Below are positions 62,272-64,000 of a stretch of DNA of 64,000 bases, in pieces (position 1 is the stretch's first letter; the number at the start of each line of letters is the position of its first letter). Source of the DNA: Rhodosorus marinus CCMP1338. Taxonomy: Eukaryota; Plantae; Rhodophyta. The notes beneath the pieces were generated by a model that was not told the origin of the DNA, made no database searches, and was given only the letters and a program-made list of their open reading frames with translations. The position numbers and the translations under genes are program-made. The stretch spans positions 3,224,001 to 3,288,000 of the forward strand of contig JAMWBK010000001.1 in the NCBI GenBank assembly GCA_029953675.1. The letters are read 5' to 3'.

Positions 62272-64000
62272 CGCTGACAAGATTTCCAAAAAAACAACAG
62301 AAACAAACACACACAGAACCAGAAAGGACAAAAAACTAGTAAAAGTCTTTAACTAGACTCCAACCCCTGAACACCTCAACGCTTCCTAACGCCTAATTCC
62401 TTCCCTGCTATCCACTCCGAGCTCCCTCAACAGAACTACTCATCGTCCGTTATCCTCCGTAATATACCCATGCGTCAACTAAGGGGAATATCGGCATTCG
62501 CTCTCTTTGGCCTGGATAATCCTTCAAAAAAAAGATAACCGACCTTTTTTTTTGCAGTTGATCCCGAGTGGTACCAAAAAACAACCAATAAACACAAATC
62601 GTTCATCCAAAAAAGTAAAATAAAAAAGTAGAAATTAGATTTATGCGAATAAAAAATAATAACCATTAATGGAATGAATGTTATTCCTCCGCCAATGAAT
62701 GGCCTTCCGTCACCGAAGGCGTTCGTATTGATTGATCCGCAATGGAGGTATTCTAAGCATATGATTGGATAAGGGTTTTTCCATTAGACCAATCATACGA
62801 ACTTCTTCCGATATTTAGGATTCATCCGCTTAAGAGGAAGGGGTAAATATTTTGAATTTTGAAATTGTTTGTACCACATTATTCTTAATTGGATTATCGC
62901 AAATAATACAAGAACTTAATTGGCGAAATATGATTGACAGCAGAGCTCCCCATCGCACAACATGCTTGCACGCGTCCTATAAGTCCAATTGTTGCTCTCT
63001 AAATGTGGTCAGAAGCATTTATTGGTTACTGGAATTTCTGGAAAGCAAAAGAACAAATATCATTGGATTAAACCGTTTCGAGTGAACGCGTGCTAGTAGA
63101 TAATTTGACTAGCAGGAGGTGAATATTGTTAATGTTTAGCTTTTAAGCTCTCAGTCCCAATGCCTCCTTCCGTCAACGAAATGTCAAACCAATGCTTTCT
63201 GCGAATAAGATGAGGCTCGATGGGCGTCGAATTCCGTTCCTACGTGGTGTCAGCCCGCTTAACAGCCCCAACGTGCTGCGCAGAATCCTCAGGAAGCCGT
63301 TTGGAGATAACTTGCCTCGTCCGATGCTTCCCGTGCCGAAAATAGCAGACAATGGATTGGATCAAGGGACAGCTGTTCTTCCCTGGGGGGAAAAAAAAAA
63401 AGAGAAAGGACTGGGAGCGACGAAGAACGGACAACGGGGGTGTCAGCGCGGCCGCACCGCTACTCCCAACGCCGCGGACGAGTGTCAACAAACGGATGAT
63501 GATGAGTGGCTATGGGGCCTGAAAACCCTTCAATGCCAGACTAGTTTCTCCGGCTGGTTGTTCCGCTTCTTCCTCGCTTGGAATTTTTTTGGCGTTTTGT
63601 ACCCAAATTTCTTCTTCGAACTCTCATTGTGGATGTGACAATGATGCTAATCAATCGGCTTGAAGAAGCAACCGGACAAGTTCATCCGCGGAGATACACC
63701 GAAAGCAGCAAATGATATGGTAGCTGCTCGATTTTCTAGACGAAACGCCATGCCGTTCTCAACGGTTGTCCGAGATGGCACCAAAAAAAAAAAAAATAGC
63801 AATCCTAAGGTTCCAAGGTTGCTACGACAACGCGTGTAAAACCAAACGCGTGCAGTGCTATAGCAAGCGTTGCTAACATGAACAGTACGATTAGAACCTG
63901 TCCAAAGATCGAAAACGGACATAAGACCACCATGCTTCACATCCTATCTTTTGGATCGAACCGAAATTTTCAACGAATGGTGAGTATGATAGTAGTATTC

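Overview
Gene-dense eukaryotic nuclear DNA with short GT-AG introns (about 50-230 nt), many carrying CTAAC-type branch points. A red alga is the likely source; this is an inference from plastid-type N-terminal extensions without signal peptides, cyanobacterial-type genes (DUF1823, pfkB) and the cycloartenol-pathway gene CPI1. About 21 protein genes can be assembled by hand: a hypothetical protein with SIM-like motifs that runs off the left edge, ANP32, a pfkB kinase, PEX16, a NELF-A-like protein, SAPS/PP6R, XLF/NHEJ1, CEBPZ/Mak21, an RCC1-repeat protein, a CUE-Smr protein, a SIRT6-like sirtuin, GPALPP1, a biotin ligase, a cyclin, a YciO/YrdC-family protein, MnmM/YtqB, a single-TOG CLASP-like protein, CPI1, DUF1823, a DUS3-like protein and a carnosine-synthase-like ATP-grasp enzyme. 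I found no rRNA, tRNA, snRNA, CRISPR array or recognisable transposase. The window does not show one unambiguous new system. The best leads are: (1) two adjacent perfect hairpins at 4612-4707; (2) a hidden tandem pair of paralogous genes of an unrecognised family at 45.6-47.5 kb, with a synonymous-substitution signature but broken frames; (3) a NELF-A-like gene in an apparent alga; (4) a sirtuin ending in a UBZ4-spaced zinc finger; (5) three tRNA-modification-family genes within about 11 kb. Blocks at about 5.5-6.4, 38.5-42.9 and 43.8-47.5 kb are homopolymer-rich and frame-broken, so they may be unpolished assembly rather than biology. All family calls come from motif recognition by eye; no searches were run, and exon boundaries are manual.
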